A DNA stretch of 64,000 nucleotides from the human T2T-CHM13v2.0 reference genome, Homo sapiens (GCF_009914755.1 NC_060938.1), one strand, 5' to 3'; shown: positions 44,163 to 57,880, counted from the first letter of the stretch. Numbers and translations are program-made. Notes: generated from the letters alone by a model not told the origin.

Positions 44163-45539
44163 TCATGGTCAAAATCTCTGATTCAAAATACTGTACATTA
44201 TTTTTGTTACTAGAAAAAATAGGTAAAATATATTTATCAATAATATGACTTATGAAAAGCATACAATGCCTTCTAAAAGTGAGGTCCATATAGTAAAATG
44301 AAAGCAGCAAATTAACAGTTGTTAATTGTGTAGCTGATGTTATAATTTCCTTTAGAAGGTATTTTTGAGGATGCATCATTCACTATTTTTTGGTTTTTTA
44401 TTCGCCCACAGAGGCGGGAATAAACATTTCTTTCCTACATGGCTGCTCCAAGATTGAGATATTATTCTGAAAGTGCTCAGTATGGAGCCTTGCTTAATAA
44501 ACATTCATTTAATCATTTTAAATAAGTCTAAGTAATTCAAAATGACAAAATGAAATCTGTACCCATAGATTTCTAATTGTTGCATGAACCTGGCTTTCCA
44601 ATCATTTTTATATTAGTAGTTCGTTATTTAAATTCAATTTTTAAAAGTGTTACTGAGTTTTTCTAATTACTTTTATTATGTATATCATAAGAAATTTAGA
44701 AAAGGAAAAATAAAAAAAAATCATCTATCTCACTTCAAGCTAGACATAACGACTGTTAGAATTTTCGAGAATTTGTTTATATTTTAACTAAAAAGGGAAA
44801 AAGAAATATAAGGGTGAAGACAAATGAAAAGTGGGAACAGAATTTAAAATCCACGTTATAATGCCCTATATTCCTGCCCTTTGGGCCCCAAATTTGGCTC
44901 TCAGCTCTAGGGCAGTCAACACAAGATGGAAAAACGTTAATAACACACTTCACGCTGTCAATAAGATTAAAAACATAGGAATGGCTCAAGAGACGAACAA
45001 CTATTCTTGGGATTAAAATTTAACAGAGAATTTTCCCCCAGGTTCCTCAAAAGAACACTGTATAACAAATAATGTATTGGCCTTCCCTAAGACCTCAGTT
45101 GCACAGGAGCATACTATCCAACCAGCCTCGAAACGGGCTAATGGCATCACCACAAATCATTCTGCATTTCATTAATGCAATACCTTTGGCACACGACCCT
45201 TTAATATAACTTGGTTCAGGACTATATTTTTAAAAATCTGGGAGAAGGGACAGAATGTATGTTCTTCAATCAATTATTCATACAGGCTCTCTCTCACGGA
45301 TACTACTGAGGAACAACCATCAGCATAATGCCTGGAGTACAGTTCTCTTTGTTGTCAGTTAAATAGAGAACCACATGCCATAACATATAAGAGAACTGTA
45401 AAAGGTAGTCTTCCAGAACCAAGCACCTAAACACATGATATCCCCTGACAGGGAGAGTACTATTCCAACATCCTGATGTTCTCCAAAAGCCATTCTGAAG
45501 ACTCAAAACCCTGGATTAAAAATAAATCTTAATACTTAC

Positions 45540-45580
45540 CTTTAAAATAATCTGAGGAGAAAGGGATAAAGGGGTGACAA
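45540..45580 (-). other. Candidate small exon (41 nt, or 12 nt at 45540-45551) of an unidentified minus-strand gene
   Basis: ttttttgttcctcag| and ccctttctcctcag| acceptors share the donor AAG|GTAAGT. Confidence 0.35.
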
Positions 45581-46179
45581 CTGAGGAACAAAAAATGATT
45601 AATGAAAAAAGCCTGTCTATATTTAGATGTTTATTAAGGCTGGGTACTGAAGATGGTATAGGAAGTCCATCATTTAAAGTGAAAATAAAGCCTAAGCTTG
45701 TACAGTCTAGCTTTAATATGCTCTTTCAGAAAATTTAAATTTATCGTAAAAATAAAGATACCAAGAAACTGAAGACATACATATATATTTTATATATAAT
45801 TACATGTGTTTTTACATACACATATATTTACGGATGTATTTTTTACATATACAAACACACACACACACATATAACTGCCTCTTTTGAACCAATTATAAAC
45901 TTGGAAACATTTGGCAACATAAGAAATTTAGATTTAGAAAAGTTTATAGGTACTTATTTTTATGGCAATAATTAACAGGGTCAGCCTCTAGGCTGAAATC
46001 CCTGTAATTCCAAATAATAAAACAGATCTGCCTATAAAAGAATAGTGTATTTGTGTTCACTACAACAGGAATTGAAGCTCAATCAAAAGCACTGTAAAAT
46101 GATTAAGAAAAAAGTTAAAAGGGAAGAGGAACCATTGTTTATTCAGATTTATTAAACCGCCTGAAAAAGCTTAAGTTCC

Positions 46180-46425
46180 ATAAATATAGTCTGGTAGTTA
46201 AATACATAAACTTTGGGCTTGATGCCTGAATTTAAAATCCCAACTCTGCCACTACCTATATAATCCAGGGCAATTCTTTCTGTGCCCCAATTTCCTCACC
46301 TGCAAAATAAGGATAATAGATGTTTACCTCTTAGGTTCTTTTGCAAATTAAATGTATTAAATGTCTAGGTAGGACCCTTAGAAGAGTGTCTGGTATAGTA
46401 ACAGCTGATAAATGTTAGCTATATT
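46180..46425 (+). mobile_element. MIR
   Basis: ctctgccact...ctgtgccccaatttcctcacctgcaaaataaggataata. Confidence 0.8.
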
Positions 46426-48123
46426 AAGGATAATAACACTAGCAATAATAATTGCTATTATTACTGCCATATAGCAATAATTGCTATTATATTTTAACTG
46501 ACCTATGAGAAGTGGATTCCTACTGATCTTTATGCCAGTACTCCCCTTACTGGGCAGGTTCTGATGGAGCTTAAATAATTAGGGATATATGCTGAGTTCA
46601 AACAGCTTAGCTCATAATTCTTATCCATAGATTCAAAGGCCAAGGTGGATTAATAAAACCTGAAAACAACTTAATATTATTCCCTGTTTAAAGAGGCAGT
46701 ACAAGAATGATACCTAAATCCTAACACTCCTATTGTAAAATCATCGGTCTAAAATACTTAGATTTGAATTTTCAGTTGGAAATCAACTTGGACAAAAAGC
46801 CAATAAATCAATAATTTGTGGGGAATACGTGGTCACTTTTTTGGATGACATTGCACTCTGAATCTGCCAAACGAATGACACTTCCTAAACTGATTTTCAG
46901 GTACACCACAACGGGAATTACTGGACTGTGGTCTGCCAAATACATACCAATGTACTTTGGGCAAACGGTTGCATGCTACAGGCTGAAATGAGTGTAACTT
47001 CTACAGTCACCCCTGAGAAGGGTTTGGCGCTCAACCGAGGGGATTGTTTCCAGCTCCCTCAGCCCAAAAATGAAAGAGAAGTCAGACACAAAACTCTTGA
47101 AGGAGAAAGGTGGAATCACACTACATCATCAAGAGGGCCGGAACCTGGACCAATTCCTAAAATTTGACCAAGTTTCCCAGTAGGGACTCTAGTCTTCCAT
47201 GTCCCTGCACTTCAAGGAATGTGGGTGTCCTATGGTCTATAATCCAAAACTTAATAGGAGGAATGCTTTTTGTGTATCAAGAGGCCTACTCTTAAAATGC
47301 CTAGGTAAAATATATACTTGATAACTTTAAATAACCATTTGCCAGCAGGAAAAAAAAAAAGTATTGATTTGTGAAAATCCAAGTTGGGATAACCATCTTC
47401 TGACCAGCTTCTCAGTTCTTTAATAAAATCTTGCCAGGAAAGGAAACTGACCAGCCTTGTAATAAGTATCTCAGAAGCAAGACAGCTTAAAAACAGTGCT
47501 AGAAACATGGCTGAAAATCACTACTGTTCCACCTCCCATGAATGATTGACGTGCACCAAGGGCTGGGAGAAGCCCTCCTCAAGGTTGACTGCAGAAGTTA
47601 CACCCACTTCAGGCTTACAGCACGCAACTGTTTGCTTAAAATACAGCGGGTATGTATTTGGGAAACGACAGATTAATCATTCAAGAACTGAATGTTATGT
47701 TAACGGGCAACAAGGCTCCAGAAAATCAAATATAATATCCACCCAGCGGGGCTTATAACTCTCGAGAAAGTCAACTCATGAGTATCCCTGAGACATTTAA
47801 GAATATCTGAGAAGGCTTAAACACTGCATGAGAAAACAAATTATAAAGAGAAAAAAGATAAAAACAGTAAGGCAGAAAATTTAAAACACATGAGGTGTAA
47901 ATCTGGATTGTCAAGAACTAAAATCAATGAGAAAATTTTTAAAGTTAGAAAAACCCTTTTAAAAATCCCAGAAAATAAGACAATAAACACACACACATAG
48001 AAATGGATACAGATATGTAATTTAATACCCACCATCTAGTATATAATAAGTATTGAAAGTATAAATAAAAATGATTTTTTAAAGTAAGCGTTAAGTTTAA
48101 GTCATGTAAAAAGCTGAAATCTA

Positions 48124-48410
48124 GGCTGGGTGTAGTAGGCCATGCCTGCAACCCCAGCACTTTGGGAAGCCAAGGCAGGAGGATCACTTGAGCCCAGGAG
48201 TTCAAGACCAGCCTGGGCAACACAGGGAGACTCCGTCTCTACAGAAAATTTAAAAATTAACTGGGCATGGTGGTATGCTCCAGTGGTTCCAGCTACTGGG
48301 ATGCCCAGGCAGGAAGATCGCTTGAGCCCAGGAGGTCAAGGCTGCAGTGAGCCATGATTGCACGTCCCAGGCAGAGTGAGACCTTGTATCAATTTAACCA
48401 AAAAAAAAAA
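48124..48410 (+). mobile_element. AluJ
   Basis: ggatcacttgagcccaggagttc, gaggtcaaggctgcagtg; degenerate TSD aaaaagct(g/a)aa. Confidence 0.92.
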
Positions 48411-50169
48411 GCTAAACTCTGACTTAAGAAATTCAGAGCAGAGTAACTGAGATGTAAAATGTAAAAAGTTAAAGTAACTAAGGTTATGAATTGACAGGAA
48501 ATGAGGAAAAGGTAAATGTTTTTAAACTGCAATCTGACTCACATCAAAGCAGCCAAACAAGTGACTAAAAAGTTCTTGGCTGGAGGCCACTCTGCTGAAT
48601 GTTCCCTGTCAGCCCATCTGAGTTTCTCAAATTCACTTCACAGGTGAGTGGGAAGCAGGGAAGAAAAAACAAACAATGACAAAGAGACTTCCAGCTAACA
48701 TGGGGTGATTGGGTGAGTCTGTTATTTTCTGATTTTTTTCTCCAAAGACTTTATTGTTTCCTCAGCATCACTGTCTCTCTTACCACTATATTTTGTTTGT
48801 CAGGCTTTTTATTATTCGCATAATTTTGTTCTTAAAATCTACAGGTAAATTAGGCTGAGATTTGACAAGTAAAATCTTGAAATGTTTTTCATAATATTTC
48901 AACTAGGTATCCACTAACAATCACAAAAGACTCTTTCTGTTCCAGACTCAATTCAACAAATATTTATTCAGGCCCTACCATAAAATGTTCTCAGAAAGGA
49001 AGGCTTTCACTATCTTTAAATCTTTGACCCAGTTAGTTGAGAGGACTATCAAATCCCCAGAAGCGACCCAAATCTCCGGGGCTTCTGTTTGTTTCCTCCA
49101 GCAACGTCCAATATTCTCCCTAGCTACATCTTATCTCACAAAATCCTTTTAAAAATTATTTGAATAATAATTATGGATCAAAGGTAGAAAAGAACAATTA
49201 CTAGAAAGCAAAGAGCCCAGGTATAACAAAAGACTTAAATTTTTATACACATAGACCACACAATTCTGCTTCTAAGAGCATAACAAGAAAATAATGAGAC
49301 AAATCATTCATTCAATCATTCAGTGCCAGGCACTGTTCTGGATATCTGAGATATAACAGTGAAAAAAATAGGCAAAGATCCCTGGTCGTGTGGTGTTTAT
49401 ACTCTCGTGTGATTGACCCAATCTTACTAAATTTACTGAATAAAGATAATCCTGAAACTTTTTGTATAAACCAAAGTTTTCTCAATCAGAATATACTTCA
49501 AATTACCAAAGACAGCTCTACAGTACTTAATAAGCAAGCAACTGTTTCTTTTGCAAAAGAAAGGACTTTTAGTGAAACATGGACGTGTCAAAGATGACAT
49601 TCATATTTGTGTCTAAAAATAAGATTTGTACTTCAGATTTCTAAAGAATACTGCAGAGTAGAACAAACTGGATAAGAATAAAATGGAGTTTTTTACTACT
49701 AAGGAATTGTTTTATGGAATTTTCTTAAACATGTATAGAGATGTATATTTTCCAAACTGTTTTTAAAAGATCAAAGTGAAATGTGACACATATTTTTAAA
49801 AATCAAGCCAGTTCTTACTAAAGAAGAGCAGGAAAGTTGAAAGTGTAAGGCTGTGGTTTTATAGTTTATTTGTTCACCGTGAAACTGTTAGATATATTTC
49901 ATATGTAGTCTACTCAGTAATCCATTTAAGTGTTGGTTATTGAATCTAACAGTTTATTCCGCATCTTGTACTTACATCATCTTGATCTTTCTGTGTAAAG
50001 ACAAAGCAAAAAAAAAAAAAAAACTTATGCACTTGCACTTTTCAAACTGAAAAAAGCAAAGAATCATTATAATTCTGAAATAAAAACAACAATTTAATCT
50101 TAGGAATTAATTTTAGTAATATTAACAGATAATATCAAAATAAGTTCAATATGCATATTACATCAGTAA

Positions 50170-50451
<282 letters not shown>

Positions 50452-50689
50452 TACATTGGTCAATTTTTAAAATATCCTACAGCTTATGCATAAGGACATT
50501 TCAAAGAAAAACAAACAAAAAAATAGAATCCTAAATTTCAAAGAGTAGGGTACAAGTTAAATATACTGCAATAAATCTATATACCAATTCTAGTTAGACA
50601 CTAGAAAGTGGTGTCATGAGTGTTCTTTCATTTCCAGAGGAAGATATCGAGTAAGAACAATGGTCTTATGAGTTGTGACTAGACGGTTT

Positions 50690-52349
50690 TAAGAGGTGAC
50701 AGTGTGCTGGCAGCCCTCGCTCATTCTGGGCACCTCCTTGGCCTCAGCACCCACTCTGGCCACGCTTGAGGAGCCCTTTAGCCCACTGCTGCACTATGGG
50801 AGCCCCTCTCTGGACTAGCCAAGGTCAGAGCTGGCTCCCTCTGCTTGCAGTGAGGTGTGGAGGGAGAAGCGCAAGCGGGAACCAGGGCTGCGAGTGGCGC
50901 TCACGGGTCAGCATGAGTTCCGGGTGGGCGTGGGCTTGGCGGGCCCCACACTCAGAGTGGCTGGCCGGCGCTGCCAGCCCCAGGCAGTGAGGGGCTTAGC
51001 ACCTGGGCCAGCAGCTGTGGAGGGTGCGCCAGGTCCCCCAGCAGTGCCAGCCCACCAGCGCTGCACTTGAATTCTCGCAGGGCCTCAGCTGTCTCCCCAT
51101 GGGGCAGGGCTCAGGACCTGCAGCCCGCCATGCCCGAGCCTCCCCCCTACCCAACCCCCCCCGCCCCCCATGGGCTCCTGCACAGCCCGAGCCTCCCCAG
51201 TGAGTGCCATCCCCGCTCCATGGCGCCCAGTCCCATCAACTGCCCAAGGGCTGAGGAGTGTGGGCACACGGTGCAGGACTGACAGGCAGCTCCACCTGCG
51301 GCCTGGGTGCAGGATCCACTAGGTGAAGCCAGCTGGGCTCCTGAGTCTAGTAGGGACTCGGAGAACCTTTATGTCTAGCTAAGGGATTGTAGATACACCA
51401 ATCAGCCCTCTGTGTCTAGCTCAAGGTTTGTGAATGCACCATTCAGCACTCTGTATCTGGCTAATCTGGTGGGGACTTGGAGAACCTTTATGTCTAGCTA
51501 AGGGATTGTAAATACACCAGTCAGCACTCTGTGTCTAGCTCAAGGTTTGTAAATACACCAATCAGCACTCTGTGTCTAGCTCAAGGTTTGTAAACACACC
51601 AATCAGCACTCTGTAGCTAGCTAATCTGGTGGGGACTTGGAGAATCTTTACGTCTAGCTAAAGGATTGTAAACACACCAATCAGCACCCTGTGTCTAGCT
51701 CAAGGTTTGTAAACACACCAATCAGTGCTCTGTGTCTAGCTAATCTAGTGGGGACTGGGAGAACTTTTGTGTCCAGCTCAGGGATTGTAAATGCACCAAT
51801 CAGCACCCTGTCAAAACAGACCAATCAGCTCTCTGTAAAACAGACCAATCAGCTCTCTGTAAAATGGACCAATCAGCAGAGTAAAAGCAGGCTGCCCTAG
51901 CCAGCAGTGGCAACCTGCTGGGGTCCCCTTCCACACTGTGGAAGCTTTGTTCTTTCACTCTTTGCAATAAATCTTGTTGCTGCTCACTCTTTGGGTCCAC
52001 ACTGCCTTTATGAGCTGTAACACTCACTGCGAAGGTCTGCAACTTCACTCCTGAGGCCAGTGAGACCATGAACCTACTGGGAGGAATGAACAACTCCGGA
52101 TGGGAGGAACGAACAACTCCAGACGCGCCGCCTTAAGAGCTGTGACACTCACCGCGAAGGTCTGCAGCTTCACTCATGAAGCCAGCAAGACCACGAGCCC
52201 ACCAGAAGGAATAAACTCTGAACACGTCCGAACATCAGAAGGAACAAACTCTGGACACACCACCTTTAAGAACTGTAACACTCAACGCGAGGGTCCGTGG
52301 CTTCATTGTTGAAGTCAGCGAGGCCAAGAACCCACCAATTTTGGACACA
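50690..52349 (+). mobile_element. LTR12 (ERV9) solo LTR
   Basis: agaggtgacagtgtgctggcag start, GC-rich U3, tandem CCAAT units, ...ggacaca end; 4-bp TSD gttt (50686-50689 and 52350-52353). Confidence 0.97.
51390..51880 (+). promoter_or_regulatory. LTR12 NF-Y (CCAAT) enhancer repeat array
   Basis: Nine intact ccaatcag units plus two mutated ones. Confidence 0.75.
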
Positions 52350-53552
52350 GTTTCACAAAGCCCTAGAGACTGCCAACATTCAATCACATACTTAATATCT
52401 ATAAGAATTAATGTAGCCTTAAGAGAAAGAAAGATTATGAAAGTGTAGTATTTCATCAACTTCAATAGTCTTTCATGTAGATAAAAAAGAGATTTGCCTA
52501 TCTTAAGAGCTAACGGAATTAAAAATCCAATCAAGTGATCAATCAAGGAAGGAATTTGAGACTTGTTAGGACAAAGAGGTAATATATAAATGGAATCCAG
52601 GGATGTGGGATACACGATTCCCCCTTTCTTGAAGTGATAGAATCACTGATAGAAATAGGGTTCTGTGGAGTTGATCTATACTTGTCACAAAAATCCAATC
52701 TTTGTCCCAGCTAAAAGCCTTGGTGTTTGTGCAACTTTAATCGAGCCAATAAGACAACTGCAAAATTATATGACAAGGTGAGAAGGGAACTCCAGAAATT
52801 GTGTGGAATCACACAATTATTTCACAGGTGAAAAAATATCTTTCAAACATGGGAAGGTTTGAAATTAAACATAGAGAAGTTTAAGAGAATCAAAACCATA
52901 ATATCATTACTTTTGTGCATACTATATACATATGATTAAGTAATTAATTTTGGCTTGTGTGTGTGGTATCGGAATATTGAAAAACTTAAACTTTGCAATA
53001 CTTATGTTTAATTTATTAGGTGTGTAAGAACTACTTAAGAACATATAAAGGTTTATCAAGCAGGTGATTGAAGTATTTAAAGGAAATCAAATATCTTAAA
53101 TTTAGAAGTGCAATTTCAAATGTTTGAAAGCATTTAATAATTAAGTTTGTAAAGGATACCATAATTCTTCAAAGATTGTTGAATGTGGTTGTTCAAATCT
53201 GTTAGACTTATTAAAATTTATATTTTTAAGTTCTACTAGAAAGATTAAGAAGTAACATCTGAATCTACAACTTTAATAACTTGAATATTAAATTATAAAA
53301 CCAATGTACATATCTGAAGTCTTTTCTTCACATAAAACTATCCCCAAGGGCACTGAACATTTTATATTTCAAAACTGACATAGAAGTATCAAATAAAAAG
53401 AGCAAATAAAAGCATATTTGAATTTGGATGAGCATATTTGCTTACAGAAAAAAATAAGATATCCACCAAAATATTAACTATATTTAACTCTGAGTAGTAT
53501 GATCCACTTTGGGGCTTATCTGAATTTCTCACCTTTTCTGCAATGAGTGTGA

Positions 53553-54152
53553 CATATTAGTTTCTTACTGTTCCTGTAACAATTTACCATAAACTTAGTG
53601 GCTTTACTAAACAAAAATTTATTATCTTACTGTTTCGGAGATCAGAAGTCCAAACCAGTTTTTCTAGGCAAAAGTCAAAATGTGGTTCCTTCTGGAAGGA
53701 AGAAATCTTTTCTAGCCTTTTGCAGCTTCTAGCTTTTCCTATGTTCCTTGGCTCATGAGCTACTCCTCGAATAATTCCAACATCTTGTTTCTGTTGTCAC
53801 ATCTCCTACTACATGACTCTACCTCCTCCTGCTTTCCTCTTACAGCCTATTTAATTCCTTGGCTCATGGCCCATTTCTTCCATCTGCAAAGTCAGCAAAA
53901 GGGCACTGAATCTCTCATTCTTTGAATCGCTCCTGCTCTTCATATTCACCTGTCTGACCTAGTTAGGAGAACTGTCCACTTTTAAGGTCTTATGCGATTG
54001 GACTGGACCCACCTGGATAACACAGTATCATCTCCCTGTTTCAAAATCCTTAACAACATCTACAAAGTCCCATTTGACCTATAAGGTAACATTCAAAGGT
54101 TCCAGGGATTAGGATGTAGACATCTTGGAGGGTCATTATTTAGCCTACCACG
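53553..54152 (-). mobile_element. MLT1-family MaLR LTR
   Basis: tattagtttc..gtaacaatttaccataaacttagtggctt...ttagcctaccac. Confidence 0.85.
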
Positions 54153-55254
54153 AAGTGTTATTTTGTAATTTTCAAAAAAAAACAATTATTTAATTAAAGT
54201 ATAAAAATCATAATTTTCCACATGGAGAAAATTCTAAACAGGAATGATTAAATCAAGTTCCTTTTCAAGTGGCTTTTGTCCCCTGACTTGCATTATTTTT
54301 CAGAGCCAGAATATTCAACATTGTGACTTCCAAACCTATAATTCTTAACATGACTTCAATAGTATATTCATCAACAGAAACCAAGTATAGAGTAATAGGT
54401 ATAACTCACATATCTGCTTCACCCAGACCATGACTCTGAACATCTTAAGCAAATATGCGCTACAGTCCGTACATTCCTATTTTGGGACAACCCAACTTCC
54501 AAAATTTTCTCTCTCTTATTTGCCTACTTATTTTTTAAATAAAAAACAAATTTTCTAAATAATCAAAGACATCTGTATATAGTGTTCCTCCTTTTTTAGC
54601 TAACCGTATTTTCTCCAGTGAAAAGAACACAATAAAGTACAACTTGAAACTATGATACACAGTGTCACCCTTCTGCATCTAAGTCCATGTATTTTGCCTT
54701 TGTCATGACTGTGAAGAGCACTTTACGCTACAGCTTCAAAGCAGGCTTTTCTGTTTAACTACTTGAATTAATAAAGGTATTATGTACCTCCAGAATCAAT
54801 TTAGTATGTACTACCACAATAATCAAAGTTATTTGCTGTTTGATACAAATGCACTATTGCAGTATCTTGGATTACTGACTGGTTGAAAAAGAGCATTGAA
54901 ACTACTTTATATATTACATTCAAAGTGAGACTAAGCAATTAGCTTACGAAATGAATTCTAAATGTTAGTTGTCTTTTCATTTTTAAGTTATACAGAAACA
55001 TTTGTTTCAAAGTGGATAACATTCTAACCTAAGTAGGGTGTTTGTTTTTGTTTTTAGCTTAAACCATTTAGAAGAGTTACCAAAAATGACATGGTTAATA
55101 TACATGATTTGATGACTCTTTCTATGAAATGTAAGTTTTACCTTTCTCCTTAAATGTACAGGTTTTTTGGCCAAAAGGTAATAAAATGTGTGCCCTAAGT
55201 CAGGTTTTTCTTTCTGTTTTTCTTTACTGTTTGTTTTTGTTAGTGAATATACAA

Positions 55255-55326
55255 TTTAAAAGAATTCCAGGACAACAGGCATGGAATTGGGACTGTCCTG
55301 GACAACAGAGCATATGGTCAGCCTAT
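55255..55326 (+). mobile_element. MER94-like hAT-Blackjack fragment
   Basis: ccaggacaacaggcat..gggactgtcctgg..tatggtcagccta. Confidence 0.65.
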
Positions 55327-56339
55327 TTAATTTAGTGTATTAGAGCAACTCCTCTCCATTAATCCATCCTCACTCTATGTTTACTTTTGCTCCTTATCCT
55401 TCTCAAAGAATTGAAAAAAAGGCAAAGATCATGCAAGATGTAGTTTTTCATTCTTCAAAAATGTATGGAAGCCACTGGGTTTATGTAAATATTGTTAAGA
55501 TCTACATCCTAGTTGACATTCCACATTAGTAGATGAAATTAACATCTGTCACAAAGGTTGCTCTGAAGTTAATCAGTTATTTCTGAGTACTCGTAATTTG
55601 GTAAAGGAAAGCTAGGCATGCGTGATTCGCTTTACCACTCAAGCAACAACTGACGCCCTGTGTCCAACTAGCTAAGATGAGTTATCTGAAGATAAGGTTT
55701 ACAAGGCACAGTACTTGACTAACAGATATCTAGTAAATTCAGACCTCTAGTACAGCTGGAGATGTCTGCTGCCTTTTCATTAGCAAGATACTACCAGTAA
55801 CTCGTGAAAAGAGAAGTCTCTATGTAAGTTGTCCATTGTACTAAAGTTCAAAAGTTCCAAATACATCAAAGAAAAGCACCTTTCTAGTACATTAGGGAAA
55901 ACTACTTTACTGTATGCTATGCAGTACTCATTCAGGGCAGGAACCGTTAGAATCGAACTGAATTGTGAATGTGCTTTAGGTCAAGTCATCTCTCTTTATA
56001 TATAGACACACTTACATCTACATTTTTGTAAAGTTTGAGGAAAGTACAATTAGTCTACGAGGGAAGTTACGTGTTGGCATTAGCCCTGGACACAGACAAT
56101 GTGAAAGGATGCAAGGCAATTCACAATTCAATTCAACCGCTGAAGTGGAAAGAAAACTTCTACTTAGCTGGTGATTGATCATGTACAAGTGGGAGTAAGT
56201 TTACCTTCAGGTGGCTTCACTCATAATTGACAAAAAATAAGCAAGCAAACAAACTTTATTAAAAGAATAAACATACATATTTGTGAAGAATGACCCTTAG
56301 CAAATATACAACCCAAATACTACTTCTAAAAGGAAAGCA

Positions 56340-56610
56340 GGCCGGGCACAGTGGCTCACGCCTGTAATCTCAGCACTTTGAGAGGCCAAGGCGGGTTCGA
56401 GACCAGCCTGGTCAACAGAGTAAAACCCTATCTCTACAAAAAATACAAAAATTAGCTAGGCGTGGTGGCACATGCCTGTAATCCCAGCTACTCAGGAGGC
56501 TGAGGCAGAAGAATTGCTTGAACCGGCAGGTGGAGGTTACAGTGAGCTGAGATCACACTGCACTCCAGTCTGGGGGACAGAGCAACACTCCATCTCTAAA
56601 TAAATAAATA
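56340..56610 (+). mobile_element. AluS with left-arm deletion
   Basis: gcggg|ttcgagacc lacks about 20 nt; TSD-like aaggaaagca/aagaaaagca. Confidence 0.95.
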
Positions 56611-56640
56611 AGAAAAGCAAACACTGAATGGCACTTTTCT

Positions 56641-56889
56641 TTTCTTTTTTTTTTTTTGAGACGGAGTCTTGCTCTGTCGCCCAGGCTGGAGTGCAGTGGC
56701 GTGATCTCGGCTAACTGCAAGCTCCGCCTCCCGGGTTCACGCCATCCAGGCCTGGCTAATTTTTGTATTTTTAGTAGAGACGGGGTTTCACCATGTTAGC
56801 CAGGATGGTCTTGATCTCCTGACCTTGTGATCTGCCCACCTCAGTCTCCCAAAGTGCTGGGATTACAGCATGAGCCACCACGCCCAGCC
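56641..56889 (-). mobile_element. AluY with right-arm deletion
   Basis: AluY diagnostics (gcaagctccgcc, ttagccaggatggtc); TSD tgaa(t/a)ggcacttttct. Confidence 0.95.
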
Positions 56890-57719
56890 TGAAAGGCACT
56901 TTTCTTAAGGACCCTTAGTTGTTTTCTCAGAACCTGCTCAGAATCAGTGTACTATTCAAGAGTGATTCATTGATTTACACTGATAAATGTAATTCTTTAC
57001 ATCTACTAATTTTGAACCACAATGATCAATATATGGTCTTACCATAATCTCTTCTTCCACAACACTTGGTGGCCACATCTTATTGGAAAAAAGGCCAATT
57101 CAGTTACACAAGGTAATTAACTTCTTTGGATGAAGACAGTGGCATCTGAAAATGTCCAGGTGGGTAAGGACTGGCTATCTCCACAATTTTGTTACCAGAG
57201 GAGCAAATTCCAAACCAAATTCTGCTACACAAACAGAAATATATTTCAAAAAAAATTTACAATTAGACGTACTATAGATCATATGATTCCTCAAGGGTGA
57301 GGAGTATCTTTAAAACAGGCAGATTTAGTATTTCTAAAAGAGATATAAAAATATTTCTCAAATTTCACTAATTTCCCCAATGACCGTCCAGTTCTAATGT
57401 TCTCTCTATTAATTATAAATGCTGAAGGGGTGGGAAGTGGGGGGGAATCTTGCCACCAATAAGAGAATCCTTGTAGTAGTGGCCTCCAAAGTGACTAGGA
57501 TTCTAGCTGGTCACTAACTGGGATGTGAATTCCAGATGAGGGAAGCCTTCTAGACTAAGGAATAATTCAAATAAATCAATAATACCACACTGTCAAAGTT
57601 TAAGCATTTTTAAGTAAATTTCAGCCAACACAATAGGAAGATTTAAATTTCCTCCCATAATCTGATAATTCCAAACTCTTCCTACAAATCTACGGCCTTT
57701 CAAGCAAGCGAATAAAGTA

Positions 57720-57880
57720 TTGGGAGGGTCTGCTTTTTACGTAGTAGCTGTGTGTCTTGAGGTAAATAATTTAACCTCTCCAACCTTTAGTTTCTTCATC
57801 CTTAAAATAGAGATAAAATTACTACCACAAAGGGCTGCTGTGAAAATCAGAAAAGACAAATGAAAAGCCAAGATACAGAT
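57720..57880 (+). mobile_element. MIR
   Basis: agctgtgtgtcttgaggtaaataatttaacctctc..tttcttcatccttaaaatagagata. Confidence 0.7.

Noticed and set aside
46440-46487. Two tagcaat..attgcta palindromes
   Set aside because: AT-rich low-complexity sequence next to a MIR tail
51390-51880. Regularly spaced repeats resembling a CRISPR array
   Set aside because: These are the known LTR12 CCAAT units; spacers are not unique, there are no cas genes and the context is eukaryotic
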